A DNA stretch of 63,628 nucleotides, counting the filler, from an uncultured Myxococcia bacterium (GTDB taxonomy: Bacteria > CAZTWC01): assembly GCA_964617105.1 (NCBI GenBank). It is 27 parts of 27 records of this genome, joined end to end, with 100 filler letters (N's around TTAATTAATTAA, not from the genome) between each part and the next. Parts side by side here need not be neighbours in the genome. Positions count along the whole stretch, not along the records: positions 41,751 to 43,949 come from CAZTWC010000445.1; positions 44,050 to 46,223 come from CAZTWC010000446.1; positions 46,324 to 48,474 come from CAZTWC010000447.1; positions 48,575 to 50,717 come from CAZTWC010000448.1; positions 50,818 to 52,925 come from CAZTWC010000449.1; positions 53,026 to 55,131 come from CAZTWC010000450.1; 21 more parts are not named here. One strand, given 5' to 3'. Below, one piece after another: positions 41,864 through 53,918 of the stretch. Numbering within the stretch: position 1 is the stretch's first letter; each line of letters begins with the position of its first letter. A program made the position numbers and the translations under genes. The notes beneath the pieces are model-generated. The model saw nothing but the letters and a program-made list of their open reading frames with translations, did not search any database and had not been told where the DNA came from.

Positions 41864-43161
41864 ATTGCGGTGTTTATAGCAGCAAAAGGAAAATAATCTA
41901 CCTCAGTTTTAAAGATTTGCCCCGTAATATAAAAATATTGGCTCTCTCTTCCCTGGGTGTCGCAGTGGGTATAGCCTGCTTTATCTATTTTTTAGCCTTG
42001 GGTGCCAGAGTAACCGAGAGCCTGCTGGACAAAGCTATCAAATTGCCTCGCGGCGCCATCCGGGTGATGCCGGGATCAGTGAAATTGGGTATTCTCAACC
42101 TCAAACAACCGTCGTTGCTGGGCGGAGTTGCCCTGGATGATGAGGCAGTAGCCCGGATAACCGCTGTTGATGGAGTGGATGCCGCCCATCCAATATTGAA
42201 TCTGGATGTGCCCCTGTTGGCTCGGGGCAATGTTTTCGGCCATAGAATGCGCACCGATCTGGTGGCTACTGGTGTGCCAGGTGCCCTGGTGGCAGAGCAT
42301 ATTTCCGGTCAAACGGGGTTTGACTGCCAGGGTTCCTATCTGCCAGTGGTGGTTTCTCCGCAACTCTTAGAGATGTACAACCAGAATTTTGCCCAGGCCA
42401 ACAAGTTGCCGGGATTAACCGAACAAGCGGTAAGCGGCTTTAGTTTCGAACTCCAGGTGGGCCGCTCCCATTTAGCCAAAACTCGCGGCGCTCCTTTGAA
42501 TAGAAAGGTGAAGATTCTGGGCTTTTCCCCCTTTGCCGTGCCCATGGGGGTAACTATGCCCCTGGAGTGTGTTCGCAAATTAAACCAACACTTTGGCAAA
42601 CCGGGCGATTCTTACAGTTCCATTATTGTAATCAGCAACTCTTCCTCCAGGCTTCAGCAGGTGATGGTTGCCATTGAAAAAATGGGTTTCAGTATCCTTC
42701 AGAAGAGCAAGTCTATGGCTGCCAATGCTGCGGTGGCAGTAACGGTGATAACTGGATTGCTGAGCCTGGTAGGGGTGGTTATTATGGCTTTGGCAGTGAT
42801 ATCTATTACATTAATATTTTATCTGCTGGTAAAAGAGCGGCGCAAAGAGTTTGCGGTGATGCGGGCGCTGGGAGCCAGCCGCAATCAAGTGAAAATCTAT
42901 ATTATGACCCAGGCTTTGACGGTGGGCACTTTAGCGGCCCTGGCCGGTATTATTTTATCTCTGCTGATGATGACTGTCACTGAACAGGCGGCCCCTTTTC
43001 TGCTCGATTTCCTCCCCTTTGAGGCAGATAACCTTTTCCAGGTCAAACCGGTCCATATCTTGGCCGCCCTGAGTCTATCAATCTTTTTTACCGCCCTGGG
43101 AGCCTACTTTCCTTCCCGCCGGGCCGCCAATCTGGATCCGGCTGAAGCTTTGGTGGACTAG
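41860..43161 (+). CDS. MacB/FtsX-family ABC permease
   Basis: VKERRKEFAVMRALGAS, PSRRAANLDPAEAL. Confidence 0.9.
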   Translation: MNCGVYSSKRKIIYLSFKDLPRNIKILALSSLGVAVGIACFIYFLALGARVTESLLDKAIKLPRGAIRVMPGSVKLGILNLKQPSLLGGVALDDEAVARITAVDGVDAAHPILNLDVPLLARGNVFGHRMRTDLVATGVPGALVAEHISGQTGFDCQGSYLPVVVSPQLLEMYNQNFAQANKLPGLTEQAVSGFSFELQVGRSHLAKTRGAPLNRKVKILGFSPFAVPMGVTMPLECVRKLNQHFGKPGDSYSSIIVISNSSSRLQQVMVAIEKMGFSILQKSKSMAANAAVAVTVITGLLSLVGVVIMALAVISITLIFYLLVKERRKEFAVMRALGASRNQVKIYIMTQALTVGTLAALAGIILSLLMMTVTEQAAPFLLDFLPFEADNLFQVKPVHILAALSLSIFFTALGAYFPSRRAANLDPAEALVD

Positions 43162-43260
43162 GAGGAGTCCTGCCCTAAAATGCCGTAAAAAACGCATTTA
43201 CATTCCAAAAAATACGGGTATAATATACTAAAGCGCACAATTTTTCTCTGGAGCAGTAAT

Positions 43261-43949
43261 ATGATACCAAGAACTTTAAACCTGCAAAAATTTAAGCAAT
43301 CGTTTTTTTTATTTGGCCCTAGACAAGTAGGAAAAACATTTCTAATTAAATATACTCTAACTCCCAATATCTTTATCAATCTTTTGCGGCAAGAAGAATA
43401 TTGGCGATATTGTAAGAATCCATCCTTGCTGGCAAAAGAGGCGGAGATTCTAAAAGGGAAAAAATCTTTAATCGTTATTGATGAAATACAGCGCTTACCT
43501 GAAATGTTAAATGAAGTTCATTATCTTATGGAAAATAGTGAATTCCAATTTGTTTTGACCGGCTCAAGTGCCAGAAAACTAAGGAAAACAGGAGTCAATT
43601 TGCTGGGAGGGCGTGCAATTACGTTATTTTTGCACCCATTGTCCGGTGAAGAGTTAGGAGAAGGTTTCAATCTAAATGAAGTTCTATGTTTTGGCTCAAT
43701 TCCCAATATAATTCTTCAAAATAAAGAACAAGATAAAAAAAGACTTTTAAAGAGTTACGTAGAAACCTATTTGAAAGAGGAGATTATGCAGGAGGCAATA
43801 ACCCGGAACATTCCAGCCTTTGCAAAATTTTTAGAATTATCTGCTTTTGAAAATGGTAGGCTTTTAAATTTTAATAATTTGGCCAGAGAGGTTGGAATAC
43901 ACTCAAAAACCATTAAAGGATATTTTAATATTTTGGTGGATACCCTAAT
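43261..43949 (+). CDS. AAA_14 ATPase (DUF4143-type), 3' truncated
   Basis: GPRQVGKT, IDEIQ, LTGSSARKL, LGGRA. Confidence 0.9.
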
Positions 43950-44338
43950 NNNNNNNNNNNNNNNNNNNNNNNNNNNNNNNNNNNNNNNNNNNNTTAATTA
44001 ATTAANNNNNNNNNNNNNNNNNNNNNNNNNNNNNNNNNNNNNNNNNNNNTACAGCCCTTATGCCATCAAATACTTCCGAGAGATAATCCGCAATTATAAT
44101 AAGTGACAACTCAAAGTTACATTAAGTGTAAACTCTAATATACAGTTGTAACCAGGCTCCACAATCTCTTCACTCCTTTAGAATATTTTTCAAATGACAT
44201 TTAAGCCCCAGTGCCTGACTCCCGGCCCAATGTGATACCTGGACACTGACAAATAACGTTTAATGGCACAGTTATTGCAACTAACTTATTTGCCAAAGAT
44301 AATTTTATCTAAATGCTATAACTTTTTGGAGGTTAAAA

Positions 44339-46223
44339 ATGAAACTCAGCAAGAATCTATTATTACTTTTAATGTGTATGTTGGTATCTTTGATGCTATA
44401 CAACTGCGGCACTAATGTGGGAAAAAAAAGTGGTGATGGTGATACAACTTCTGGGCAAGAAACTGACGGTAAAGACTATGACAGCACCGGTGCTGAAGCC
44501 GCATCCTTTAATCCGCCCAACCTGACCTCTGATGTTGACTATGACTCACGGTTTAAAAACCTGGGCGACCTGGGCTTTGGAGAGGAGATAACGGGTGAAT
44601 TTCCCCAGGGCGAAGAGTATCTGGCCTTTCAATTTGACAGCGAGGATGAAACCTATTTAGACTTTATTCTCACTAAACTGGAAGAAAACTCCAATTTGCT
44701 TCCTGCCCTGGTCATCTATGGTCCCCAAAACGATATCGGCGCCTGGGGCACTCCTATTGCGGCCAAAATGGCTGACCCTAAAAAAGATTCTGACTCGGTT
44801 CGAGTGGAAGATTTTCCGATTAACACTCCAGGCAATTACATGGTTATGTTAACGGCCCTGGAAAAAGAAGTAGAAAAAGAAGACTCCACTGATAATGCCA
44901 AACAACCGCTTAAATTAAAAAAATCCTGGAAATTTAAACTGCTTTTAAACTGCAGCGGCAAATGCCGGAGGCCAAAGCCCTATTGCCCCAAGTTCTCCTG
45001 TAATAAAATTTGCCTGTATGGCTTTAAAAGTGATGATATGGGCTGCCGGCTCTGCCAGTGTGAAGAAAAGGTGGAATGTAAACCCGATGATAAAGAGTGC
45101 CAGGAGAATTGTATTTGCCCAGATATCTCTGCTCCAATCTGCGGAGATGATAATAAAACCTATCCTAATAAGTGCATTGCCGGCTGCTATGAGGTAAAAA
45201 TATCTCACGAAGGTGAATGTAAAACTGTAGAGTGTGCAGATGATAAAGATTGCCGCCAAAATGAACAATGCCAAAAAGGCCACTGCCAGTATTATAATCC
45301 AAACTGTGTGTGCACCAAAGAATACCGGCCGGTATGCGGTAAAGACGGACAAACTTATGGCAATGAATGCCTGGCGAAATGCGCCGAAGTTGAAACTGGC
45401 TATCCTGGAAAATGCAAAGAGAATGATAGATGTAGCGACCAGACCTGCCCACCCCTCCAATGCCCAACCGGCATGGCTTCCATGTTGGCTGACGGTGAAT
45501 GCTGTCCGGTTTGCGTGCCCAGGTCTTGCGTATGTCCCAAACTGTGGGAACCAGTCTGTGGTGTGGACGGCAACACCTACCCCAACAAATGTGAGGCAGA
45601 ATGCAAACACATTAAGGTGGCAGCTCCTGGTCCCTGTAAGCCCGATTGCAGCCAGGTAAAATGTCCAGTCACGGAGTGCAAACCGGAAGAGAAAGAGGTG
45701 ATGGAAGATAATGGCTGCTGCCGTAAATGTATCCCCTCAACTGAGAATTGTATCTGCCCGATGATTTATGCCCCGGTTTGTGGCGTTGACAACCAGAGTT
45801 ACGAAAATGAGTGCCAGGCCAAATGCAAGGGTGTTCAAGTGGCTTATAAAGGCAAGTGCGGCCAGGATAGTTGCAAAAATGTGGTGTGCAAAGAAATACA
45901 ATGCCCAGCAGGCCAAAAATCTGTTATTCCCGCAGGGAAATGTTGTCCTGTCTGCCTGGCAGACCAAGCCTGTAATTGCCCCAGAACCTGGGATCCGGTA
46001 TGCGGTGTAGACGGCCGGACATACAGCAATGAGTGTGAGGCTAAATGCCAGGGAATTAAAGTCAGTTATCATGGTAAATGCAAGCCCGACTGCACCCGGG
46101 TTAATTGCCTTCCGGTTAGATGCGAACCAGGTCAGGTTCATGAAATCCCTGAGGGTGACTGTTGCGAAATCTGTATATCAGATCAAAAACCTTGCGCCTG
46201 TCCTTTATATTACAAACCGGTTT
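44339..46223 (+). CDS. Lipoprotein with Kazal-type inhibitor repeats alternating with antistasin/VWC-like Cys modules (3' truncated)
   Basis: Five complete C...PVCG.D..TY.N.C.A.C Kazal units plus the start of a sixth; CCP.C modules. Confidence 0.9.
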
Positions 46224-46323
46224 NNNNNNNNNNNNNNNNNNNNNNNNNNNNNNNNNNNNNNNNNNNNTTAATTAATTAANNNNNNNNNNNNNNNNNNNNN
46301 NNNNNNNNNNNNNNNNNNNNNNN

Positions 46324-47197
46324 AAAAGGCCGGCAGGGGATATTGAAAGTGCATACCCGGAAAAGTCCTTTGGAAGAAAATGTTGATTTATCCATAATTG
46401 CCAGGGGCACTCCAGGCTTCACCGGCGCTGACCTGGAAAACCTGGTGAATGAGGCGGCTCTGCTGGCGGCTAGATTTGGTAAAGATAAGATCGAAAATGA
46501 TGACTTTGAATTAGCCAAAGATAAGGTGTTGATGGGATCAGAACGGAAAAGCATGATTATCTCTGATGAGGAGAAAAAAACTACGGCCTACCACGAGGCC
46601 GGCCATACTTTGGTAGCCAAACTTTTGCCAGGCACCGATCCTATCCACAAAGTCACCATCATTCCCCGGGGAATGGCTCTGGGACTTACTCAACAACTTC
46701 CCACCGAGGACAAATACACGGTTTCCAAAGAGATGTGCCTGAAAAATATCCAAATATTAATGGGTGGACGGGTAGCCGAAGAGATCATTTTCAATCAGAA
46801 AACCTCGGGTGCGGGCAACGACCTGGAGCGAGCCACTGGACTGGCAAGAAAAATGGTTTGTGAATGGGGTATGAGCAATAAACTTGGTCCTTTGCGCTTT
46901 GGCAAGAAAGATGAGCAGGTATTTTTAGGGCGGGATTACGGACAGATTAGAGAATACAGCGAAAAAACCGCTATGGATATCGATATAGAGATTAAAGATA
47001 TGATTGACACTGCATATCGGGAAACCAAAGCCTTACTGCTGGACAATCTTCACCTGCTTAAAAATCTGGGTGATCAACTGCTGGAGCGGGAAACTCTGAA
47101 TGGCGTTCAAATAGAGGCCCTGTTTAAAAAGAGTACTCTCGACCAGGTGGAAACAAAGGAGTTTCCTGATGACGTCGGCCCAGACCAGGAAATTTAA
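46324..47197 (+). CDS. ftsH: ATP-dependent Zn metalloprotease FtsH, C-terminal part
   Basis: [31 protein letters not shown]. Confidence 0.97.
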
Positions 47198-47203
47198 GAA
47201 AAA

Positions 47204-48451
47204 ATGACCACCTATCAGATTCGCAGACTATCTCCGCTCCGGGCGGAAGATCTGGCAGGGGATATCGCGGATTGTGGTGTTGATCAAAAAGTAGTACCCT
47301 ATCTGGCCGAAAAATGTCACAGTTTGCTCTTTCGGGTATGGGATGTTCCACCGCATGTAGCCAACATCCTCAAGCAACAGATGCTCTCATTGGGAGGAGA
47401 AGCCTGTGTCCATCGTGATACCATAACCTGCCAGTATGAAAAAGCCCACCTGCTGTTGGCCGGAACTGAAAGGCACTTTAAAGACCTCTGCCAGAGACTG
47501 CCGGCCCAATACTTTCATCTAAAGGAGTTGGCTCGGGAACTGGAACAGCAATTGGAGATAACTAACCATCCCTTTGAGCCCAGAAAAATTGGCATTCGAC
47601 AGCTTTTACCTCATGGGTCGCCGCTGATCATGGGAATTCTCAATGTGACCCCCGACTCTTTTTCTGATGGGGGCAACTACCTGTTCGTTGACAAAGCGGT
47701 AGAATATGCTTTAAAGATGGCGGCAGAGGGAGCCGATATTATCGATGTGGGTGGAGAATCAACCAGGCCCGGAGCCAAATCGGTATCAGAAGATGAGGAG
47801 TTGAAAAGAGTTATTCCGGTTATAGATGCCTTACGAAAGCAATCTGATATCCCTATTTCCATTGATACATACAAATCTAAGGTTGCGGGTAGGGCAATTG
47901 AAGCTGGCGCCGATATGATTAATGATATTAGCGCCTTGAGATTCGATAGTTCTATGGCCAAAAAGGCGGCTGAAAAAAAAGTGCCTCTCTGCCTGATGCA
48001 CAGCCTGGAAAATCCAGCCACCATGCAAAATAAAATTCATTACTCACACTTGATTCAAGATATTTACCGATATTTTATGGAGCGTATAGAATACGCCCTT
48101 CAACAGGGAGTGGCTTTTAATTCTCTAATTATCGACCCAGGTATAGGTTTTGGCAAAACCGTAGATCACAATCTGGAAATTATCCGTCGTCTGGAGGAGT
48201 TCAACTCTTTGGGACTGCCGATTTTGCTAGGTACTTCCAGGAAGAGTTTTATCGGTCAGACCTTAGGCTGCCGGGACCCGGCCTCTTCTGCCCGTCTTAT
48301 GGGAACAGCCGCAACCCTGGCAGTAGCGGTACAAAACGGGGCCAATATTTTGCGGGTTCATGATGTTAAGGAAGCCAAATGGGTGGTTGATATGAGTTAT
48401 GCGATCTACCGCCGCCAAAACTCTGGTACCAGCAACACCAGGATGGTGTAG
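47204..48451 (+). CDS. folP: Dihydropteroate synthase with N-terminal extension
   Basis: MGILNVTPDSFSDGG, GGESTRPG, DPGIGFGK, SRKS, RVHDV. Confidence 0.96.
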   Translation: MTTYQIRRLSPLRAEDLAGDIADCGVDQKVVPYLAEKCHSLLFRVWDVPPHVANILKQQMLSLGGEACVHRDTITCQYEKAHLLLAGTERHFKDLCQRLPAQYFHLKELARELEQQLEITNHPFEPRKIGIRQLLPHGSPLIMGILNVTPDSFSDGGNYLFVDKAVEYALKMAAEGADIIDVGGESTRPGAKSVSEDEELKRVIPVIDALRKQSDIPISIDTYKSKVAGRAIEAGADMINDISALRFDSSMAKKAAEKKVPLCLMHSLENPATMQNKIHYSHLIQDIYRYFMERIEYALQQGVAFNSLIIDPGIGFGKTVDHNLEIIRRLEEFNSLGLPILLGTSRKSFIGQTLGCRDPASSARLMGTAATLAVAVQNGANILRVHDVKEAKWVVDMSYAIYRRQNSGTSNTRMV

Positions 48452-48669
48452 ATCTCCAACCTGCCTAAAAGCATNNNNNNNNNNNNNNNNNNNNNNNNNN
48501 NNNNNNNNNNNNNNNNNNTTAATTAATTAANNNNNNNNNNNNNNNNNNNNNNNNNNNNNNNNNNNNNNNNNNNNACCAACCTTTAAGTGGCTAATATGTT
48601 TCGCGAATTTATGTTTGCGAAACTTGAGTTAGAATTCATTCTAAATTAAACTCCTAAGCAAATAATTTC

Positions 48670-49536
48670 TTAGAACTCCATCTTCCAGGAAAAACCGCCT
48701 GGTGCCAGCACCAGGTTAAATTTTTTATCATTGTCGTTGTCTGGCCAATCCGGAATATTCTTGTGCTTCGCTAATTGACCAAAAGGGTTAGCCGGGGTAG
48801 TGGCAAAATAGTAAATAGCACCTGCCAGTGTCGCACCAGCCAAACCAAAACTGGTAATGGAATAGATTCGGTATTTGGAGGCACTATCTGCTAAAGAATC
48901 TCTCTCATTACGATACTCAATCCCTTCCGCGTTGGTAGAGGCGGCCTGAAATAACTTGTCTTGTTCATCTGCCTCATTTTTTTTCTGGCCAGAGAGATAA
49001 AAAAGATATCCGCCTCCACCGGCCAGGGCGGCGGTGGCAACACTAAAAACAGCCCCCCAGCCGTGGTGAAATAATTTATCTTCTCTATACCTACTCAACA
49101 GAGGTGACTCCTTTAAATTGACTTTGAGATACTCTGTCTGGCCTGGTTTTATCTCCAGACTAAATTTCTGAGTCAGATAACCTCTGCTGGAGGCTTTGAA
49201 CTGATATTTTTTCCCTGCTAACAGTTTTAGTGGCTTATATTTCAGTTGGCACTCTTTGCTTGTGCCATGATAATCAGAAACTGATTTACACTCTTTCTCT
49301 CTTTTCAGTAATTTATCCTCTAAATAGATTTGGGCCTGCTTAGGTCTCACTTTGTTGATTATTACCTGACCATACTTTGACTTAAAATCGTATTTATAGG
49401 TGGAAGCATTACCCAAAACAACCTTGACTGTTTCTTCAATAGGATGAAATTCATTGAGTAATATTTTTAAATTATGTTCGCCTTCTTTAAGGCCCACCGA
49501 CAGGGGAGTTTGGTATTTCATTTTTTTACCATTTAT
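48670..49536 (-). CDS. PEGA-domain protein, C-terminal part with two TM helices
   Basis: TPL..GL..GEH PEGA repeat; hydrophobic C-terminal helices; begins at the internal scaffold gap. Confidence 0.75.
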   Translation of the reverse strand: MNGKKMKYQTPLSVGLKEGEHNLKILLNEFHPIEETVKVVLGNASTYKYDFKSKYGQVIINKVRPKQAQIYLEDKLLKREKECKSVSDYHGTSKECQLKYKPLKLLAGKKYQFKASSRGYLTQKFSLEIKPGQTEYLKVNLKESPLLSRYREDKLFHHGWGAVFSVATAALAGGGGYLFYLSGQKKNEADEQDKLFQAASTNAEGIEYRNERDSLADSASKYRIYSITSFGLAGATLAGAIYYFATTPANPFGQLAKHKNIPDWPDNDNDKKFNLVLAPGGFSWKMEF

Positions 49537-49653
49537 NNNNNNNNNNATTAGATGGACTTGAAGTTTTTGAGGGCGGTTGGTATCTTGATTCTACATACTG
49601 GAAAAATGGAGAAAAGCATGGAATAGAAAAATCGTATAGATCAGAATACCCAC

Positions 49654-50717
49654 CTACTCCATCTGATCAAAAATTTTTAAGATTAATAAATTAAATCTAG
49701 TATAAATATTGTTTAAAGTAAAATCGAGAATCTCTTTTTGGCCAAATTTCAAAGCCACCTTTTTCTCTTGGGAAATAAAATCATCTTTTTCAACCTTGAC
49801 AGCATATTCTCCTGGCAAAAAGATCAGTTCCACCGGAGTTTTTCCCAACTCTCTTTCACCAACTATAACTTTTGCCTGATCAGGAGTTGACGTAACAGTT
49901 AAGTAGGCTGCCTGATGCAACTTAAACCTTTTGGGTTCAAAAGAAGAGGCAGTAATGTTGAGTTTTTGCTCTAAGGAAAAATAGGATCTTTTTACTATTT
50001 TTATGGTGTGAGTGCCTGTATGGACTTTGGGTATTATCAATGGCGTCTCGCCCTTATATTCGCCATCCAAATATACCCTGGCCTCGGCTGGCTCACTGAT
50101 GATATTCAAACTAGCAGTCAAGTGCTCCAACTCCAGAGTGAACTTGTTATACTTCATCGCCTTGATCTCAATCTTTTTCCGCAAGGCATAATTACCTTTT
50201 ACAGCCTCAACAATATATTCACCTTCATAAAGATCATTCACAGTGACTGGCGATATTCCATCCTGCTCCACGCCATTGATAGTCACTTTTGCCCCTGCCG
50301 GCACAGTCTTAATATAAAGGCTCCCCACACCCTTGCTCACATCCCGTTTCAATTTGCTGAAATCCTCTTTGTAGACTCCAGGCATGATAGACGGAGCACC
50401 TGCACCGCCAATGGGGGCAGTCACCACTCCCATCAACTCGGCACCCGCCTGGTCAACATAGGGCAAAAACTTGTCTATTTCGCCAGAGAAGTCTTTGTTT
50501 ACTGTCCTCACATCCTTTACCTTGGCAATATCTATTAATTTTAACGTCAGGGTAAAGGTCTTGCCGATTTTACCTACACTGCCGGCTACCATCTTTTTGG
50601 CTCCCAGGGCGCCGCCAATCTCAGCATAGCAACTGGTGGAGTCGCACTGATCCGAGACCTGGAATCGCTGCTCCTTGGCAATGTTTTCCATCTCCTCCCG
50701 GCTCACCAGAATAAATT
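49654..50717 (-). CDS. CsgG/DUF2380-like plus PEGA-repeat protein (partial)
   Basis: Same N-domain as 36654; three PEGA repeats (S.P..A.V..DG...G.TP). Confidence 0.85.
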
Positions 50718-50817
50718 NNNNNNNNNNNNNNNNNNNNNNNNNNNNNNNNNNNNNNNNNNNNTTAATTAATTAANNNNNNNNNNNNNNNNNNNNNNNNNNN
50801 NNNNNNNNNNNNNNNNN

Positions 50818-51971
50818 GCTTTTAGAGCAGGCAACAATCCTGCCATAAAGCCGGTTATCACAACACCTATGCCTACCCGCAAGAGCATGTCGAAGCCTAT
50901 GTGAACCAGTTTTCCGGTTGGGGTGAAAGGCAACATTGTTTTGACCAGGGAGGTGACCAGGTCACTGCCGACAAAGGCCAGAACAATCCCCAGAATACCA
51001 CCCATGAGACACAGGAGAAGAGTTTCACCAAGAACAATTCTAAACACATCCAGGTTGGAGGCTCCCACCGCTTTCATCACCCCTATTTGCGGCGTTCGTT
51101 CCATAACAGACATTAAGATGGTGTTGATGATACCCATGATGGCCACCACCAGTGCAACCAGAGATACAGAAGTCGTAAGGGCTCGAGCGTTTTCTAGCAG
51201 ACCGATGATGGCGTTCCGGGCCGCCTTCATGCCAATGACTTGAGCCTCTCCCATGGTTGGGTCAGCGTTAAGGTCTGCTTCGTATTTGTCTACCCGCATG
51301 ACTGCAGATTCATTTAACACAATACCAACACCTGTTACTTTGCCTTCCAGTTTGTAGGTTTCCTGCAACCACTTCAGGGGTACAAGGACAGTTCCATCAG
51401 TTTGATTACCAATCCGGTTCAATATTCCGACTACCTTGATTACTCTTTTTTCAAAGGGGATACTTGGATCAGGTACCAAGATTTCATCACCAACGTGGCG
51501 CTGTTCAAACTCAGCCGCCTCGTAACCGAGGATGGCCTCGTTGGTATTCGGTGCAGAAAACCACCCCCCCTCCCTAAAAGTGAAATTGGTGACTTTGTAG
51601 GCATCTTCCACACCCATGTAAAAAGAGGAGGTACCCTCTTCCAAGTTGAAAAAAGGCTGGATGAGTTGCCTGGAGACCTGTTTGACCCTCTTGTCCCTGG
51701 CCAATCTGTCGGCAATACTCTGGCGGATGTAGCGCAGGCCGGATCCGCCCTTGAGCAGGAGAGTGGCCGCCTCGTAAGGGCATCCCTTGGCCGTAACCAA
51801 GACATGGTACCCGATCCTGTTAACATTTTCACTCAGGGCTTGTTCATAACCTGCATTAAAACCCTGCAGGGAAACGAGCAGGGCCACGGCAATGGCCACA
51901 CCGCCGGCGGTAAGGATTGTCCTGGCCCGGTTCCTCAATAGACTTTTCAAACCGATTTTTAAAAATTCCAC
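50818..51971 (-). CDS. MacB/FtsX-family ABC permease (3' truncated)
   Basis: RTILT..GVAI, NTILMSVMERT..IGVMKAVGA. Confidence 0.92.
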
Positions 51972-51973
51972 AA

Positions 51974-52429
51974 CTATTTCTCCACGATACGGACACTTTT
52001 GCCAATGATCATAACCGATTCACCGCTGACACTAACTTTGCCATGGGCAAAGGCGATATGGCCGATGTTTTTGCCCGGAGGGATATTGAAACCATTTTGT
52101 TTTAAATCAATGTCAATATTTGATGCACCCTCTCCAAGGGAGAAAAAGCAGCCAGCCGAGGGGCACACGGAGGCTATAATCCCTTTTACTGTAACATTTT
52201 TGTTATCAAATTCACCAGGGTTGCGCACAATATTTGCAATGGAAGTCAAATTTACAGTGTCCTTGATCCCGGCACCATAGTCAGTGTAACGCATGATTGG
52301 TGTTTGTTTCTTCGGGTCATCCTTTTTACATCCTCCGAGTGCCATCCCGAGGATAAAGGTGAAACCCAGCAAAAACAAGATAGCCAGGCGCAGATAGAAT
52401 CCAATGTTGGTCGAATGGTTTTTGGTCAT
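51974..52429 (-). CDS. OB-fold lipoprotein (DUF4920-like)
   Basis: GGC lipobox; VKGIIASVCPSAGCF. Confidence 0.7.
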   Translation of the reverse strand: MTKNHSTNIGFYLRLAILFLLGFTFILGMALGGCKKDDPKKQTPIMRYTDYGAGIKDTVNLTSIANIVRNPGEFDNKNVTVKGIIASVCPSAGCFFSLGEGASNIDIDLKQNGFNIPPGKNIGHIAFAHGKVSVSGESVMIIGKSVRIVEK

Positions 52430-52925
52430 GGTTTTTTTGCTCCTTTTTTCATTATAACTGCTTGAATTTTCGTAAATATATTACCGTTTTTATCCTTTTG
52501 CCAAAATAGATCGAAGAGGATCAGGCTTTTCATTATCCCCCTTAGGGTAGCCCTGAAATCGTGAAGGGCAACTTTGGATGCTCCAGGAGGTTTGATAGAG
52601 TCAACTTTATCTTCTTTCCGTTTCTTTCCCAGTTTTTGGTATCCTTGGTGATAATAAAAATCAGCCAGGGTCAATCCCTTGAACTGGTTAGTAAAATCAG
52701 GGGACATGAATTTGTTTCTTTCTGGGTTGGACAGTTTCTGAAAGTAAAAATTCTTGATTTTCCCTGACAAATCCGCTGCCACAATCAATTGCATCCCACC
52801 ATACTTCCCCTTTTGATTTACCCCAAATACGTATCCAATCACTTTTTTACCCTTGAGTATTTCGTAGTATGCATAGGGAATATCCATGGCTTCGTAAACT
52901 GGATCTAATGGGTTATCAAGGCGTC
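52426..52925 (-). CDS. FMN-binding-domain-like protein, C-terminal part
   Basis: GKYGGMQLIVA....GKI, FTNQFKG. Confidence 0.65.
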
Positions 52926-53064
52926 NNNNNNNNNNNNNNNNNNNNNNNNNNNNNNNNNNNNNNNNNNNNTTAATTAATTAANNNNNNNNNNNNNNNNNNN
53001 NNNNNNNNNNNNNNNNNNNNNNNNNTCTAAAAGGCAAGTCAGATGCTATGGGAGGGACCCGGCC

Positions 53065-53871
53065 ATGACCGCGACCTATCCAATATCTAAAATAAACTAT
53101 ATGGCCCCAGTGGTTGAAATGGAGATGGGCGGTAAAATTTTTACCGAAGTTTCCCATGTTGAGATCACTGCGAATCGCTCGGAACCAGCAGCACTGTGTT
53201 TGCTGTGTCTTCCCTCTGCTTCCAATGGTGCTGCCAAAAAAGTGTTCCAATCCGGTGGAGAGATAACTGTCCGGTGGGGCTATGAAGGTCACTCTCTTGA
53301 ACAGATTTTTACCGGATTTATCCGGGAGATTTGGCAACAGGGTAATGAAAACATCATTGAGGCTATCGATAGGGCGGCGTTGCTATTTGACACCCGTGTA
53401 ACCAGGGCTTTCCAATTTGAGACACCGACCACCATTATGCAGTCATTACTGCAGACAGCAAAAGTGGATGAATACGAGTTAGAGCAAATTGACAAGCCAT
53501 TAAACAGGTTGCCATTGGTGAACAATACCATTGCCGAAGCCATTTACTACATCAATCGCCGCATCGGGTTGGGACATGATTTTTGGTTTAGCCCTGATGG
53601 CAAATTTCACTGGCATGCCAGTGACAAGGCCGAGCACTGCGGTTATCGGCTTGAGTATGGCAAAAATATCCTGGTTTTTAAACTAGGTGACAACGGCAAC
53701 ATAGAGATAACCACCGTGGGGTTGCCTGTTTTTCATAGTCAATTGATTGATGTTGACCTGGATGGTCTCGACGGTGAAGCAATTACCTATTTCATTAATA
53801 ATATACGTCACACCTTTGGCCCCGGGAACAGGGGCTCCAGGAGTAGTTTGTGGTTAACAAGGATTTATTAG
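53065..53871 (+). CDS. Baseplate hub protein (GpD/gp27-like)
   Basis: ITVRWGYEG....IFTGFI, IEAID, IRHTF...G.RSSL; precedes a spike gene. Confidence 0.75.
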   Translation: MTATYPISKINYMAPVVEMEMGGKIFTEVSHVEITANRSEPAALCLLCLPSASNGAAKKVFQSGGEITVRWGYEGHSLEQIFTGFIREIWQQGNENIIEAIDRAALLFDTRVTRAFQFETPTTIMQSLLQTAKVDEYELEQIDKPLNRLPLVNNTIAEAIYYINRRIGLGHDFWFSPDGKFHWHASDKAEHCGYRLEYGKNILVFKLGDNGNIEITTVGLPVFHSQLIDVDLDGLDGEAITYFINNIRHTFGPGNRGSRSSLWLTRIY

Positions 53872-53918
53872 TATGGATGCCNNNNNNNNNNCCAGGACCA
53901 GTTTGTGGTTAAACCGGG

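Noticed and set aside
44945-46271. Long antisense or alternate-frame ORFs over the Kazal gene (similar ones overlap kelch, purH, PKD and ABC genes)
   Set aside because: These are shadow frames of well-supported genes with no motifs of their own.
47204-47620. folP N-terminal extension as a novel fusion
   Set aside because: Extended FolP proteins of this kind downstream of ftsH are, to my knowledge, common in anaerobic bacteria.
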